Shown: positions 9,005 through 19,799, counted from the first letter of the stretch. The stretch: 64,000 nucleotides of DNA from Nitrospirota bacterium (GCA_963699545.1 CAVOUE010000004.1:32001-96000); one strand, 5' to 3'. The notes: generated by a model from the letters alone, not told the origin. Program-made: numbers and translations.

Positions 9005-10087
9005 CTATGAGTAGACACCGTATTTCTTTGCGGCCTCTACCATCCTCTTCGCATTGCGGAGGGGTGCGTTCGGCCCGAATTCGCAGCCGGTGGCGAGGAC
9101 GTACCCTCCGCCCTTCGCAAAGATTTCTATCTCGGCCTTGCATTCTTCCTCGATCTCCTCGGGGGTCCCGAGCATCGCTACCGGTCCCGGGGGCACCCAG
9201 CCGATGGTGACGATCTTGTTTCCCCACTTCGCCTTATGATCTTCCCAGCTGTCCACGTCGTCGGCGACATACGCGTGAGAGACCGCATGGGGTTTGCCCC
9301 ATTTGTCGATCATGTCGAAGTAGATCCCGTTTCCGCAGTTGTGATGGCTCACCAGCGCTCCGGCGTTCCTGATCGTATCGCATACCAGCTTGAGAGATTC
9401 TCCTTCGAACTGCTCCCACAGTTCCTTGCTCAGGATGGACTGGGAAGCGTAGAGGTTGTCATAGCAGACAGAATGGGCACCTGCCTCGACCTGGGCAAGA
9501 GCATACTCGTTAAGCACTTCGTCCATGATCTTCAGAGCGCCCATCACTTCATCGGGGTATTCGATGAGGTCCTGGAAGAAGTTCTCCGGACCGCGCATCA
9601 TGCTCAATGTTCCGAGGGAACCATAGACAAAGCCCACGATCGCATGGGTCTTGCCGATCTCTTTCGCCAGGCCGGCGGTCAGGTCTATCACGGCCTTCAT
9701 CCTCTGCGTCTTCCTTGGGTTGATCTTCTGGATCTTCTTGTAGTCCTCCTTCGGATTCTTAATAAAATTGTTGTCATAATTAGGATGCGCCGTGTCAAAC
9801 TCAGGGAAGATAACCTCGCAGCCAAAAGCCTGGGCTTCTACCGAAAGGTCGAGCAGCATTACGACGCCGTCATGTCCGATCATGTCCAGGGCGTCTACAT
9901 GTCCTTTGACCATTGCGTCGATGTTCGTCCCCTGAGACCATTCCCCGTAGGTTATGCCGGCAAGCCTGTGGCTTGCGCCGCATACAAGGGGAGCGGCAGG
10001 TACCCTGTCAGGCTCCTTGAACTGAAAGGTCGTCCCTACTCTCTCAAGACCTGTCATCTGCTCTGTCTTGGTACTTATCTGTGCCAT
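9005..10087 (-). CDS. MtaA/MtbA-like methylcobamide:thiol methyltransferase (URO-D superfamily)
   Basis: PDRVP, DLSVEAQAFG, Zn-binding HNCG and LATGCE motifs. Confidence 0.82.
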   Translation of the reverse strand: MAQISTKTEQMTGLERVGTTFQFKEPDRVPAAPLVCGASHRLAGITYGEWSQGTNIDAMVKGHVDALDMIGHDGVVMLLDLSVEAQAFGCEVIFPEFDTAHPNYDNNFIKNPKEDYKKIQKINPRKTQRMKAVIDLTAGLAKEIGKTHAIVGFVYGSLGTLSMMRGPENFFQDLIEYPDEVMGALKIMDEVLNEYALAQVEAGAHSVCYDNLYASQSILSKELWEQFEGESLKLVCDTIRNAGALVSHHNCGNGIYFDMIDKWGKPHAVSHAYVADDVDSWEDHKAKWGNKIVTIGWVPPGPVAMLGTPEEIEEECKAEIEIFAKGGGYVLATGCEFGPNAPLRNAKRMVEAAKKYGVYS

Positions 10088-10439
10088 TGCGTTACCTCCT
10101 CACGATAGTTTTACAATTGATGAAATCTGCCTTCAGTGACCTAAAAGGCCAATGTTCCTCCCTCTGATAGATCTCTAAGCAGTACCACCACCTCCTTTTC
10201 TTTCGTCCACACTGAAAATCCGGCCGAACTACGGCTGCAGATTTCTCTGCATAAGGCTGGATTTTTCATCTTGTTTTCATTTTAGAGGTGAACTAAGAAA
10301 AGAAATATGACTCTTGACACGTTTGAAACTTTTTTCCCCTGCAGTCTTTTACCGGCGCCTTCCGGCGTAAGTCCGGTCGGGATGGGTAAATGCTCCCGAG
10401 ACCGATCCGAAACGTCAGGAGTGAATTAAAGGGGGAGGG

Positions 10440-10823
10440 TTATCTGCGGCCGACCGCCTGAGCGAGTATGTCACGATTCTCGTAGATGTTTCCTATGACC
10501 TCGCAATCGCTCTCTTTCCAGAGATTGCAGGCAAAACCGAAGTCTTCTCCGAATCCGAAGACGGAAGAGATAATGTAGTATTTCCTGTTCCGGACTCCGA
10601 AGGATGAGACATCAACGATATCTCCGACATAGATCTCGGTGTCCCATTTATCCCTCATTCCGGTATACTGTTGACTCTTTCTTTCGACGACATCGGCGTA
10701 GTCCCCGCAGTCACAGGGAGGAGGGACGAACTGGTCATCAAAAAAACCCCAGAAATGAAATTTGCCCTGGTGCCACACTCTGAATCTGATCTTCTTCCTT
10801 ATTTCACGGGTGAGCATCTTCAT
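10440..10823 (-). CDS. YopX family protein
   Basis: I.FRVW, QYTGMRDK...EIYVGDIV, EVIGNIYEN. Confidence 0.85.
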   Translation of the reverse strand: MKMLTREIRKKIRFRVWHQGKFHFWGFFDDQFVPPPCDCGDYADVVERKSQQYTGMRDKWDTEIYVGDIVDVSSFGVRNRKYYIISSVFGFGEDFGFACNLWKESDCEVIGNIYENRDILAQAVGRR

Positions 10824-10906
10824 CCTCCTATTGGTTCGAAGGGTTTTCTTTTACACAAGCGTCCTTTGACACCGTTAACAGAATACTATAAAGGGCGTCA
10901 AGATTT

Positions 10907-10922
10907 TATGATACAGATCATA
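10907..10922. promoter_or_regulatory. Crp/Fnr-type palindrome between divergent yopX-like and small Cys-rich genes
   Basis: TATGA-TACAGA-TCATA. Confidence 0.65.
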
Positions 10923-10979
10923 ACCATTGTCCCGACAGAAGGCTAGACTAAAAGCATCCAGCCGATGAGGAGGTAATGT

Positions 10980-11189
10980 ATGTTTTGCTGCTTCGTCTGC
11001 ATCGAATGCGGCCATTACGGAGACCCTGACATGTCGCGGTGGAAGAAGACAGACGGCCGGGACAGAAGGTGCCATCAGTGCATTGTAGAGAGTGGTGATG
11101 CTACAGAAGAAGAGATAAGGCTCTGGAAAGATACTCTCCGTTTTCAGAAAGCGCCCGATGACCTTCCGAAGGGTGAGCTTGTTATGTGA
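10980..11189 (+). CDS. Small Cys-rich putative metal-binding protein
   Basis: GGAGG RBS; CCxxCxxC...CxxC pattern in 69 aa. Confidence 0.65.
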   Translation: MFCCFVCIECGHYGDPDMSRWKKTDGRDRRCHQCIVESGDATEEEIRLWKDTLRFQKAPDDLPKGELVM

Positions 11190-11233
11190 TATGTGTCCCG
11201 TCATGTTCATGTCATCACGTCTTCCAAAAGCAG

Positions 11234-11249
11234 TGTGACATTTATCACA
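11234..11249. promoter_or_regulatory. CRP-consensus box immediately upstream of the Crp/Fnr gene (likely autoregulation)
   Basis: TGTGA-CATTTA-TCACA. Confidence 0.8.
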
Positions 11250-11256
11250 TCTAAAA

Positions 11257-12042
11257 TTGGCAGCGATGTACTATTTTGAAAAAAAGAAGGATTGCGAGAC
11301 CCTTTCATCCATCCCTTTTTTCAGGGAGATGGGTGAAGAGATAACCTGTTTCATCCTCGAATACGCTTCACATAAATACCTTCCCAAGGGGCAATATCTC
11401 TTTATGGCCGACGAAGTCTGCACGAACCTTTACATAGTCGAGGAGGGGCTTGTAGAAATCTCTCAGTTGAGCGAAGAAGGGAAAAAGATTGTTTTGCACC
11501 ATGCTACGAGGGGCGCTTTTTTGGGAGACACGATTCTTTTTAATGTGGGCAGATATGGAGCATATGCGCATTCCCTCGAAGATTCGGAGTTGTTATCCAT
11601 AGACAAGAAGAGTTTTGAAGGGATCATTCATGCTTATCCCGAGATCGGGATAAAGATGCTCGCTGATTTTGGAGAAAGAATCGAGAGGCTGAAATCACTG
11701 GTGGCGGAAGTAGCGCTCAACGATGTCAGGAAGAGGATCGTCAGGCTGCTCGTTGAACTCATCGAAGGCGAAAAGGAGAACTGTGTCTCGCGGGCAGGAG
11801 TCGATTACAGAAACAGCGTAATTCTCAGGAATGTCCCGACCCAGGACCAGATGGCTCACAGGATAGGGACCGTGAGAGAGGTCTTATGCAAGGGGCTGCA
11901 CAAGCTCGAAAGAGACCGCGTTATCAGGGTGAAAAGAGGGCAGATTGAGATAAACGACGTGCGGCGGTTGCGGGAGATGGTCTTTGAAAACAAGGGGGAC
12001 AGGCTCTTCCCCATCATGCTTCCGGCGAAAAGGAAAGCGTAG
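11257..12042 (+). CDS. Crp/Fnr family transcriptional regulator
   Basis: cNMP-binding fold plus C-terminal HTH TQDQMAHRIGTVREVLCK. Confidence 0.93.
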   Translation: MAAMYYFEKKKDCETLSSIPFFREMGEEITCFILEYASHKYLPKGQYLFMADEVCTNLYIVEEGLVEISQLSEEGKKIVLHHATRGAFLGDTILFNVGRYGAYAHSLEDSELLSIDKKSFEGIIHAYPEIGIKMLADFGERIERLKSLVAEVALNDVRKRIVRLLVELIEGEKENCVSRAGVDYRNSVILRNVPTQDQMAHRIGTVREVLCKGLHKLERDRVIRVKRGQIEINDVRRLREMVFENKGDRLFPIMLPAKRKA

Positions 12043-12410
12043 GACAAGAGAGAGCTCATTATCACCTTCCAGGATGCAACTCGGCATCATCTTTACAACT
12101 TCCAGCCGACTCGCTAAAATTACTCGTATGGTTGCTCGTAAAGCTCCGATATTTGTCATTGCGGCTTATACCCCTTCAACTTCAGGCGGATCCGCCGGGA
12201 CTGACGATCCCTTTTAAGGGAAAGATTCCCGGGGAGCGGGAATGACATATCACTTGACGCGTACGATGGATTCGTGAAGCGTGCGGGTTTTGGAGGTACC
12301 GTTTCTTCCATTGACACGAAGGGTTTCAAAGATTTATCGTACTTCAATTCCGACTCAGGAGGGACAGAACGAAGAACCACGGAGACCTGACACTGCTGGT
12401 CGAGGAGGCG

Positions 12411-12977
12411 GTGAGGGATCATAGAAAGCTCAGGAACATCATATCTCTCCTTTACGATGAGGATATGGGTCAACGCCTCATCGCGGCAAAGGCGCTCGGG
12501 GAAATAGCACGACGAGAGCCTGAGCTTATGAAACAGAGGTGGGAACGTCTCTTCAGGGCCTTTGATGACACCATGAGCTGCTGGGGCGTTGCAGAGGCAC
12601 TGGGAGAGATAGCAAGAAACTTGCCGGAGCACAGAAGGAAGATCGTTTTGTTCCTGAAAGTGTTCAGGAAGGACGAGTGTAGCTGCCAGGGGTATCTATG
12701 GGGGATGTGCAGGATCTGCCAGGTTGACAGGGACATGATCAAAGACTTCATTCCTGAACTGACGGGTTTTTTGAATTCACCCAACGTCTGTATGACCGGG
12801 CAGGCCATATGGGTCGTCGGTGAATTGGGCATAAAGGAAGCAACGGTAGAGATAAAGGGTTTTCTGGATGATGCAAGGGAGACCTGGATTTTTGAGAATG
12901 ATTCGGTCTGTATAAAAAGCATCCGCTGGATTGCAAAGGAAGCTCTCAGCAAACTGGAATGTCGAGAGAGTCTCTAA
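12411..12977 (+). CDS. HEAT-repeat protein (DVU0298-like)
   Basis: AAKALGEI and WGVAEALGEI repeats. Confidence 0.65.
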   Translation: MRDHRKLRNIISLLYDEDMGQRLIAAKALGEIARREPELMKQRWERLFRAFDDTMSCWGVAEALGEIARNLPEHRRKIVLFLKVFRKDECSCQGYLWGMCRICQVDRDMIKDFIPELTGFLNSPNVCMTGQAIWVVGELGIKEATVEIKGFLDDARETWIFENDSVCIKSIRWIAKEALSKLECRESL

Positions 12978-13011
12978 TAGTAAAAAAGTTCTTCTCTCCG
13001 TAAAGTGTTGT

Positions 13012-13737
13012 TCAGGGGATGTCTGCTTTCAAAGGTTTCAGGGTTCTTAATCTCGCGATCTCCTCATGATATCCGTAGATGTGGGCCCCGGCGCTGTATA
13101 CGTACATCGGTCCGTTGGTCAGCTTTGTCTCGCTTGCCACCAGCTTCTTCAGGAGTTCTATCCCGCCAAGGTTGGTGGGAAATCCCGCCCAGAGGTCCCA
13201 CGAGCGAAAATAGCAGCTCACGGTGAGCACCAGATCATCACCTGAGGGGATCGCCTTAAAGTCGAGAAGCCTCAGACACGGCGGGTCCAGTTTTCCGTCG
13301 TTGCCGAAGCAGATGTCGTGATCCTCGGGAGTGCCGACCTCAACGACCGCCTGGTTTGTGAGGGGCGTTTTTTTGAGCAGCTCCATCACCCGCTCGAGCT
13401 GCGTTCCCCCCTTTGGCATGGGATGATGTATCCTGCTTGCGTACTTGTACGTCTCGTTCTCAGCCAGGGTGGGGTCCATGAGGTAGTGCACAAAATAGTC
13501 TTCGATATAGTCCATGGTGGTCGGGGCAGGGATCCCCGAAGCAGGGGGCATCACCGGGATCATATCTTCACCGGGATATTCGATGAAGACCGCTATACCG
13601 GGATACTGCAGACGGTATTGCTCATTCTCAAATGAGCCGTGCTGTATGTTTTGGGTATAGGCATGATCGAACAGGTTGTAAATCAGCTGGAACCACGCAT
13701 CGGAAATAGTCTTTGCCTTCACAAAAAATGGAACCAT
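13012..13737 (-). CDS. thyA: Thymidylate synthase family protein (short, archaeal-like ThyA)
   Basis: DPPCL catalytic Cys, FRSWD, GFPTN, AHIY motifs. Confidence 0.8.
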   Translation of the reverse strand: MVPFFVKAKTISDAWFQLIYNLFDHAYTQNIQHGSFENEQYRLQYPGIAVFIEYPGEDMIPVMPPASGIPAPTTMDYIEDYFVHYLMDPTLAENETYKYASRIHHPMPKGGTQLERVMELLKKTPLTNQAVVEVGTPEDHDICFGNDGKLDPPCLRLLDFKAIPSGDDLVLTVSCYFRSWDLWAGFPTNLGGIELLKKLVASETKLTNGPMYVYSAGAHIYGYHEEIARLRTLKPLKADIP

Positions 13738-13914
13738 CGGTATTCCCCTTTCTCCGTCAGTGAGCTCCGGCAACAAATTATCATATCACAATCAGGGGGG
13801 GAAATTGCGGGCGAACATTGCGGAAACAACACGAGACCTGCAACGAGATGGGGTTATGCGTTGCTTCCGTGAGAACGTCTTTTCGACGGTGCTCCAATGA
13901 AGCGAGCACGCTGC

Positions 13915-13954
13915 GGCTGACCAATGGCAGGGAAGCCAGAGCCATTAGTCAGCC
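13915..13954 (-). terminator. Hairpin downstream of dsrC-like gene
   Basis: GGCTGACCAATGGC...GCCATTAGTCAGCC. Confidence 0.5.
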
Positions 13955-13970
13955 CTTATTTACGGGATGG

Positions 13971-14288
13971 TCAGCATTCAACGGGTTTCGGCAATCCGGC
14001 CAGCTTGTATGCAGTCCTGTACCCTAAGGAGGGAAAGAGTCTGTACATGTCGGCCTTCGTAAAGCCTGCTTCAATGAGAATGTCGCGGCACACGGGGGAT
14101 ACTCTGTTCCTCTCATAATGGAGCCTGATCGCTGTAATGAGCTTCCAGTGTTCACCGGTGAGCGCTCCGACGCCTTCCATCCCCGCGAGTTGCTCTGCAA
14201 CGCGCACATCCCAGGTATCAATGTCCCTGAGATACCCGTCTTCATCCAGTTCCAGTCTTTTTTCGCTGCTTTCTACGGCTGTTGTCAT
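13971..14288 (-). CDS. TusE/DsrC/DsvC family sulfur-relay protein with only the terminal Cys
   Basis: LDEDGYL...W...A, LTGEHW, LFP, AYKLAGLPKPVEC C-terminus. Confidence 0.9.
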   Translation of the reverse strand: MTTAVESSEKRLELDEDGYLRDIDTWDVRVAEQLAGMEGVGALTGEHWKLITAIRLHYERNRVSPVCRDILIEAGFTKADMYRLFPSLGYRTAYKLAGLPKPVEC

Positions 14289-14374
14289 GAGTGCACCTCC
14301 TTGGTTTGTAAGAACATCCCTATCCCTCGTCTCTTACGTCCACTTTAATGGTATATCCTTTCTGTCAATAAACC

Positions 14375-14390
14375 TATGATATATGTCATA
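14375..14390. promoter_or_regulatory. Crp/Fnr-type palindrome upstream of dsrC-like gene
   Basis: TATGA-TATATG-TCATA. Confidence 0.7.
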
Positions 14391-14443
14391 TCCCGTGCTC
14401 AAAGGCCCTTGACACAAAACACCAAAACTTTTATTCTTAGGCC

Positions 14444-15827
14444 ATGAAGAAACTCTGGGGAGGAAGCTTCAGGGAGAGGACATCCGGGGTCGTGGAGTCT
14501 TTCACGGAATCTATCTCCTTTGACAGGCGCCTCTGGAGATACGACATCGAGGGAAGCGTGGCCCATGCGGAGATGCTCGGCAGGCAGGGGATAATCACGA
14601 ACAGCGATTCAGACAGGATAATTCACGGACTGAAAACGCTGGCCGGCGAGATCGAGTCCGGAAAGTTCCGGTTCAGGGAAGACCTTGAAGACATCCATAT
14701 GAACATTGAGGCCGCCCTCATCAAAAAGATCGGTCCTGCCGGGAAGAAGCTTCACACGGCAAGATCCAGAAATGATCAGGTCGCCCTTGACCTCAGGCTT
14801 TACCTGAGGGACGAGACAGGGCTGATCATCTCGGCGCTCAGAGGACTTCAGGAAGCGCTCGTGGAGAGTGCAGAAAAAAATGTGGCCTGCATTATGCCCG
14901 GATACACGCATCTCCAGAGGGCACAGCCGGTGCTTCTCGCTCATCATCTCCTCGCCTATGCCGAAATGCTTGAGAGGGATAAGGGAAGGTTTCGCGATGC
15001 CCTGAAAAGGATCAATGTCCTCCCCCTGGGCGCATGCGCCCTTGCCGGTACATCATTGCCGATTGACAGGGAATATGTGGCGAAGGTCCTCGGCTTTGAC
15101 TCTGTCTCGGACAACAGTATGGATGCGGTATCGGACAGGGATTTTGCCCTTGAGTTCCTGTCTGATGCGGCGATCCTTGCGGTGCATCTGTCCAGGATGG
15201 CAGAGGAGTTGGTCCTCTGGTCCACCGAGGAGTTCTCCTTTGTGGAGCTGCCCGACTCCTTCACCACAGGATCGAGCATCATGCCCCAGAAGAAGAATCC
15301 CGACGTTGCTGAGCTTGTGCGGGGGAAGACCGGAAGGGTCTTCGGGTCGCTCATCGCCCTGTTGACGACCATGAAAGGCCTGCCTCTTGCCTATAACAGG
15401 GACATGCAGGAAGACAAGATGCCTGTCTTTGACGGAGTGGATACGGCAAAGGCGTCCCTTTCCGTCATGAGCGCCATGATCCGACATATCACATTCAACA
15501 AGGAGAGGATGGCGGAGACCCTCGTCAGGGGCCTATTCCACAGCCACTGATATAGCGGAGTATCTCGTCCGGAGGGGCATGCCTTTCCGTGAGGCCCACG
15601 AAGTGACGGGTCGCATCGTCATCCACTGCGTGAGAAAGAAAAAGAGCCTCAGCGATCTGAAGATCGGTGAATTGAAGAAATTTTCCGGATTGATAGGCCA
15701 GGATATTTATCCCCTTCTCACGGCCGAAGGGTCCGTGGCTGCGAAAAGGTCCAGGGGAGGCACTTCACCGGGTGAGGTGAAGAGGCAGATAGCAAGGCTC
15801 AAGAAGGCGATTGCAGACAAAAAGTGA
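14444..15827 (+). CDS. argH: Argininosuccinate lyase, frameshifted near 15520-15535
   Basis: [21 protein letters not shown]; continues as [18 protein letters not shown] in another frame. Confidence 0.95.
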
Positions 15828-16860
15828 TACGTCCATACATGAAGCATTCCCGATACTCTTTCGTATGATGCGCTACGCTGCCGTTCGCCCGCTGCGATTT
15901 TCTGGTAAGCGTTTTCTTGCTGATATAAAGACCGTTGCCCGCTTGTTGCTTCTTGCCTCTTTTGCTGTGTCTTCAGTGCTTGCGATCTCCTGCGGCAAGA
16001 AAGGTCCGCCAACAATAAAAGCGTACGAGAAACCTCAGGCGCCGTCAGGCCTGACCGCATATCACAGGGAAGACAGGATGGTTCTCTCCTGGTCGTTTCC
16101 CGACAACCTCAGGTCATCGTTGACAGGGTTCCAGATCCTGAGGTCGGATAAGGACGGATTCGAAAGAATAGGGGCGGTGACCGGCAGCAAAAGCTCTTTC
16201 GCGGACGAGACATTCAAGGTGGATGTGCCCTGTTCCTATAAGGTGGTGGCGGAGAATCTGAAAGGGGTCGTAAGCAGCGACTCAAACGTAATCACTGTGA
16301 CCCCGAAACCCGTCCCTGCGGCTCCGGCGGATATCCGCTTCTCTGTCAAGCCGGACAGCGTTGTCATTTCCTGGACAAGTTCAGGGGAAGGCGCCTGCTA
16401 TAACATCTATAAGACCGGCGAAAAAGGGAAATATGGGAACAGCGCGCTGAATAAGGCGCGTGTGTGCGCAACGTCCTTCACGGATGCAGCGGTGAGCCCT
16501 GAGAAGTCCGCCTATTACGAGGTCAGGGCATTATGGATGACCGATATCGGGGACGAGGGATCTGCATCCGAAGAACGGGAAGTGAACCCTACCCATTTTG
16601 TCCCCTCAGCTCCTTCCGACCTCAGGGTGGTAAAGGATGACAAAACATATCTTATGTGGAAGGAGAGTCCTGAACCCTGGGTGAGGGGCTACCGCGTGTA
16701 CCGCAGGATTGACGGAGAGCAGGAATTCACTCTTCTCAACGAGGTGAAGCTGCCGACGTTTACCGACACGGAAAAGATCGATAAGAAGGTCTGGTACATG
16801 ATAAAGGCCGTGGGACCTGCAATGGAGAGCGAACCACTGGTCGGCGAGGTGGCAAACTAA
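15811..16860 (+). CDS. Fibronectin type III repeat lipoprotein (true start probably later)
   Basis: Lipobox LAISCGKKGPP; three FN3-like W..Y.(I/V)Y(R/K) repeats. Confidence 0.75.
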   Translation: MQTKSDTSIHEAFPILFRMMRYAAVRPLRFSGKRFLADIKTVARLLLLASFAVSSVLAISCGKKGPPTIKAYEKPQAPSGLTAYHREDRMVLSWSFPDNLRSSLTGFQILRSDKDGFERIGAVTGSKSSFADETFKVDVPCSYKVVAENLKGVVSSDSNVITVTPKPVPAAPADIRFSVKPDSVVISWTSSGEGACYNIYKTGEKGKYGNSALNKARVCATSFTDAAVSPEKSAYYEVRALWMTDIGDEGSASEEREVNPTHFVPSAPSDLRVVKDDKTYLMWKESPEPWVRGYRVYRRIDGEQEFTLLNEVKLPTFTDTEKIDKKVWYMIKAVGPAMESEPLVGEVAN

Positions 16861-16990
16861 AGGGTCGGAGGACCCTCTCAATCAAGGTCTGGTGCGGTTT
16901 TCCGTCTATTGACAATGAAAGAGCTCATGTATTACTCTAATCAAAACCCTGTTCACTCTGAAAGCGGGGAGAACCTTGTTCGAATAGAGA

Positions 16991-17584
16991 ATGGCCTGGA
17001 TGAAAGACAAGATAATCAAAGCCTTCGAAGAAAGCATAACCGTCAAAGACAAGTTCGTTAAGGAAAACGTTGACATGATCGTGGGGGCTTCGAAGCTCAT
17101 CGCCGATGCCTTCAATGACGGCAAGAAACTCTTCCTCTTCGGCAACGGCGGAAGCGCGACGGATGCCTCGCACATTGCCGCGGAATTCGTGAACCGGTTC
17201 AAACGCGACCGGCCGGGGCTTCCCGCCATTGCCCTCAACACCGATGTGGCGGTGCTCACCTCCATCGCCAATGATTATGACTTTTCCGAGATCTTTGCGC
17301 GACAGCTCAAATCTCTGTCTGAAGAAGGGGATGTGGTCCTCGCCATTAGCACCAGCGGCAATTCAGGCAACGTGCTTAAGGCCATGGATGTGGCAAAGAG
17401 GAAAAAGCTCAGGACCATAATCTTTACAGGAGCAAAGGGGGAGAAGTTCGCTGCCAAGGCGGAGTTCGGCTTTGTCGTTCCGTCCGAGAACACCCCGAGG
17501 GTGCAGGAGACCCACATTACGTTGGGACATGTCCTCTGCCAGATGGTGGAGGAGATACTCTTTGAGACACCGAGAAAGAGGTAG
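16991..17584 (+). CDS. gmhA: Phosphoheptose isomerase
   Basis: GNGGSA, NDY, STSGNS, QETH motifs. Confidence 0.95.
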   Translation: MAWMKDKIIKAFEESITVKDKFVKENVDMIVGASKLIADAFNDGKKLFLFGNGGSATDASHIAAEFVNRFKRDRPGLPAIALNTDVAVLTSIANDYDFSEIFARQLKSLSEEGDVVLAISTSGNSGNVLKAMDVAKRKKLRTIIFTGAKGEKFAAKAEFGFVVPSENTPRVQETHITLGHVLCQMVEEILFETPRKR

Positions 17585-17620
17585 CGGGATCGTACGCGTT
17601 GACCCGGACACGGGTCGTGG

Positions 17621-18115
17621 ATGGGGAGCATGATCATCCTTGGTTTGGACCCCGGCCTGGCAAGCACCGGTTTTGGTGCCATCAGTTGTACAAGAGACTC
17701 CTCTTCCCTGCTGAAGTGCGGGTATATAAAGACCTCTCCTAAGGAACATATCTCCGACAGACTTTTCCATATCCATTCGGACATCAATCACCTGATCCGC
17801 GCCCTCCATCCTGACCTGATCGCCATAGAGAATGTATTCTCTCTCGTAAGATACCCCAAGGCCGGTATATTATTGGGAGGGGTTTTGGGTATCATATATC
17901 TGTCTGTTTTCCAGAATAATGTGTCGATGGTGGAAATTACGGCGAAAGAGGTGAAGAATGCCCTGGTGGGATATGGCGGGGCGGACAAGCGTCAGGTGAA
18001 CGAGACGATAAAGGATCTGCTGAACCTTTCTGAACTCAGGTCGTTTCACGCCTCTGATGCACTGGCGGTGGCCCTGACCGCGTTTTACCGGAACTCCGGC
18101 GGGAGGAAACGGTGA
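17621..18115 (+). CDS. ruvC: Holliday junction resolvase
   Basis: ILGLDPG, IAIE, GYGGADK, DALAVA. Confidence 0.95.
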   Translation: MGSMIILGLDPGLASTGFGAISCTRDSSSLLKCGYIKTSPKEHISDRLFHIHSDINHLIRALHPDLIAIENVFSLVRYPKAGILLGGVLGIIYLSVFQNNVSMVEITAKEVKNALVGYGGADKRQVNETIKDLLNLSELRSFHASDALAVALTAFYRNSGGRKR

Positions 18116-18732
18116 TCTCTTATCTCAAAGGGGAGCTCCGGATGAACCGCGCCCATGACGACAGGGTCACCCTCGTCGTGAACGGGATAGGCTATGATGT
18201 CCTGATCCCCGCGTTTGTGATGAAGAGGGTCAGGGCGGACAAGAAAGAGGGAGACGAGTTGGAACTCTATGTCTCATACAACCAGACAGAGCGGCAGCCG
18301 AAACCGGTCCTCGTGGGGTTTGAATCTCCCCTGGACAAAGAGTTCTTTGAGCTCTTCATCTCTGTGGAAGATATAGGGCCTTCAGCGGCGGTAAAGGCCC
18401 TGGTAAAGCCGGTAAGGGAGATCGCCCGTTCCATTGAGGGGAAGGATACCAGGGCGTTGAAGGAGTTGAAGGGCATTGGCGAGAGAAAGGCCGAAAAGAT
18501 CATCGCCACTCTCAAGGGGAAGGTGGCGAAGTATGCGCTGATGCCTGAGATCGCAGCGCCGGTCGAGATCGTGGAGGACTTCAGAAAGGAAGTGGAAGAC
18601 GTCCTGATAAGTCAGCTGGGGCATAAGCTCCTGGAGGCCCGGCAGTTGATCGAGGCTGCCATGAAGCGGAATCCCCGCATCGGGTCATCGGAAGAGTTGT
18701 TCGAGGAAGTCTATCGGGGGGAGAGGCAGTGA
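18112..18732 (+). CDS. ruvA: Holliday junction branch migration protein
   Basis: MISYLKG, VNGIGY, HhH motifs; between ruvC and ruvB. Confidence 0.93.
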   Translation: MISYLKGELRMNRAHDDRVTLVVNGIGYDVLIPAFVMKRVRADKKEGDELELYVSYNQTERQPKPVLVGFESPLDKEFFELFISVEDIGPSAAVKALVKPVREIARSIEGKDTRALKELKGIGERKAEKIIATLKGKVAKYALMPEIAAPVEIVEDFRKEVEDVLISQLGHKLLEARQLIEAAMKRNPRIGSSEELFEEVYRGERQ

Positions 18733-19799
18733 TCTACGAAGAAGAGAACAATATCCCTGATGTCCTCCCCGACATCTTGAAGGATAAGAGCCCTCTCGAT
18801 GAAGAGAACAACCTGAACCTGAGGCCGAAAAGGCTTTTCGAGTATATCGGTCAGGAAAAGATCGTGGAAACGCTGAAGATTGCCATTGAAGCGGCCTTGC
18901 AGAGGAAGGAGCCGTTGGACCATGTTCTGTTCAACGGGCCGCCGGGGCTGGGGAAAACAACCCTGGCTCACATCATCGCCAGCGAGATGGGTACCAAGAT
19001 CATCACGTCGTCAGGCCCCGCGCTCGAAAAGGGCGGCGACCTGATGGGCATCCTGACCCATATTGAAAAAGGGGATGTCTTTTTCATCGATGAGATACAC
19101 AGGATACCGAAGGTGGTGGAGGAATTCCTCTATCCCGCGATGGAAGACTTTGCCGTGGATTTCATATTCGACAAGGGCGTCCATGCGCGGACGCATCGTT
19201 ACCGGCTTGAGCCCTTTACTCTTATCGGCGCCACCACAAGGGCGGGTCTCCTTTCTTCTCCTTTGAGGGAACGGTTCGGTATCACGCGGGATCTGGACTT
19301 CTACAATGAAAATGATCTGGTCCGGATCGTGAGACGCTCATCCGAGATCCTGGAAGTAACCACTGAAGAGGAGGGCGCATACGAGATAGCGAGGAGGGCG
19401 CGGGGGACACCGAGGGTCGCAAACAGGCTGTTGAAGCGCGTCAGGGATTATGCCCAGGTGAGGGCAGAGGGAAAGATTACGAAGGAAGTGGCGATGGAGG
19501 CCTTGACGCTGGAAGGGATCGATGAACACGGCCTGGGGGAGACGGACCGGAAACTGCTCAAGACAGTCATTCTGAATTACAAAGGGGGACCCGTCGGCAT
19601 CGAAGCGATTGCCTCGACCCTCCAGGTCGAGTCGGACGTCCTGCTGGATGTGGTCGAGCCGTATCTGCTGAAGTCAGGCTTTATCATCAGGACATCGCAG
19701 GGGAGAAAGGCCTCTGAAAAGGCCTACGCCCACCTGAATCTCTCTCATAAGGGTGAGCCGGGACTCTTTGACGATACCAAACGCAAGAGAAGTTCATAG
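18729..19799 (+). CDS. ruvB: Holliday junction DNA helicase
   Basis: [23 protein letters not shown]. Confidence 0.97.
   Translation: MIYEEENNIPDVLPDILKDKSPLDEENNLNLRPKRLFEYIGQEKIVETLKIAIEAALQRKEPLDHVLFNGPPGLGKTTLAHIIASEMGTKIITSSGPALEKGGDLMGILTHIEKGDVFFIDEIHRIPKVVEEFLYPAMEDFAVDFIFDKGVHARTHRYRLEPFTLIGATTRAGLLSSPLRERFGITRDLDFYNENDLVRIVRRSSEILEVTTEEEGAYEIARRARGTPRVANRLLKRVRDYAQVRAEGKITKEVAMEALTLEGIDEHGLGETDRKLLKTVILNYKGGPVGIEAIASTLQVESDVLLDVVEPYLLKSGFIIRTSQGRKASEKAYAHLNLSHKGEPGLFDDTKRKRSS

Noticed and set aside
9005-10087. True uroporphyrinogen decarboxylase (hemE)
   Set aside because: Lacks the W.MRQAGR motif and has methyltransferase-type Zn ligands.
6115-10108. Long plus-strand ORFs (6115..6948, 7487..8311, 9236..10108) and similar antisense ORFs elsewhere
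   Set aside because: They are shadow frames opposite well-supported genes and have no recognisable motifs.
10440-13737. Prophage suggested by YopX and ThyA-like genes
   Set aside because: No integrase, structural or replication genes nearby.
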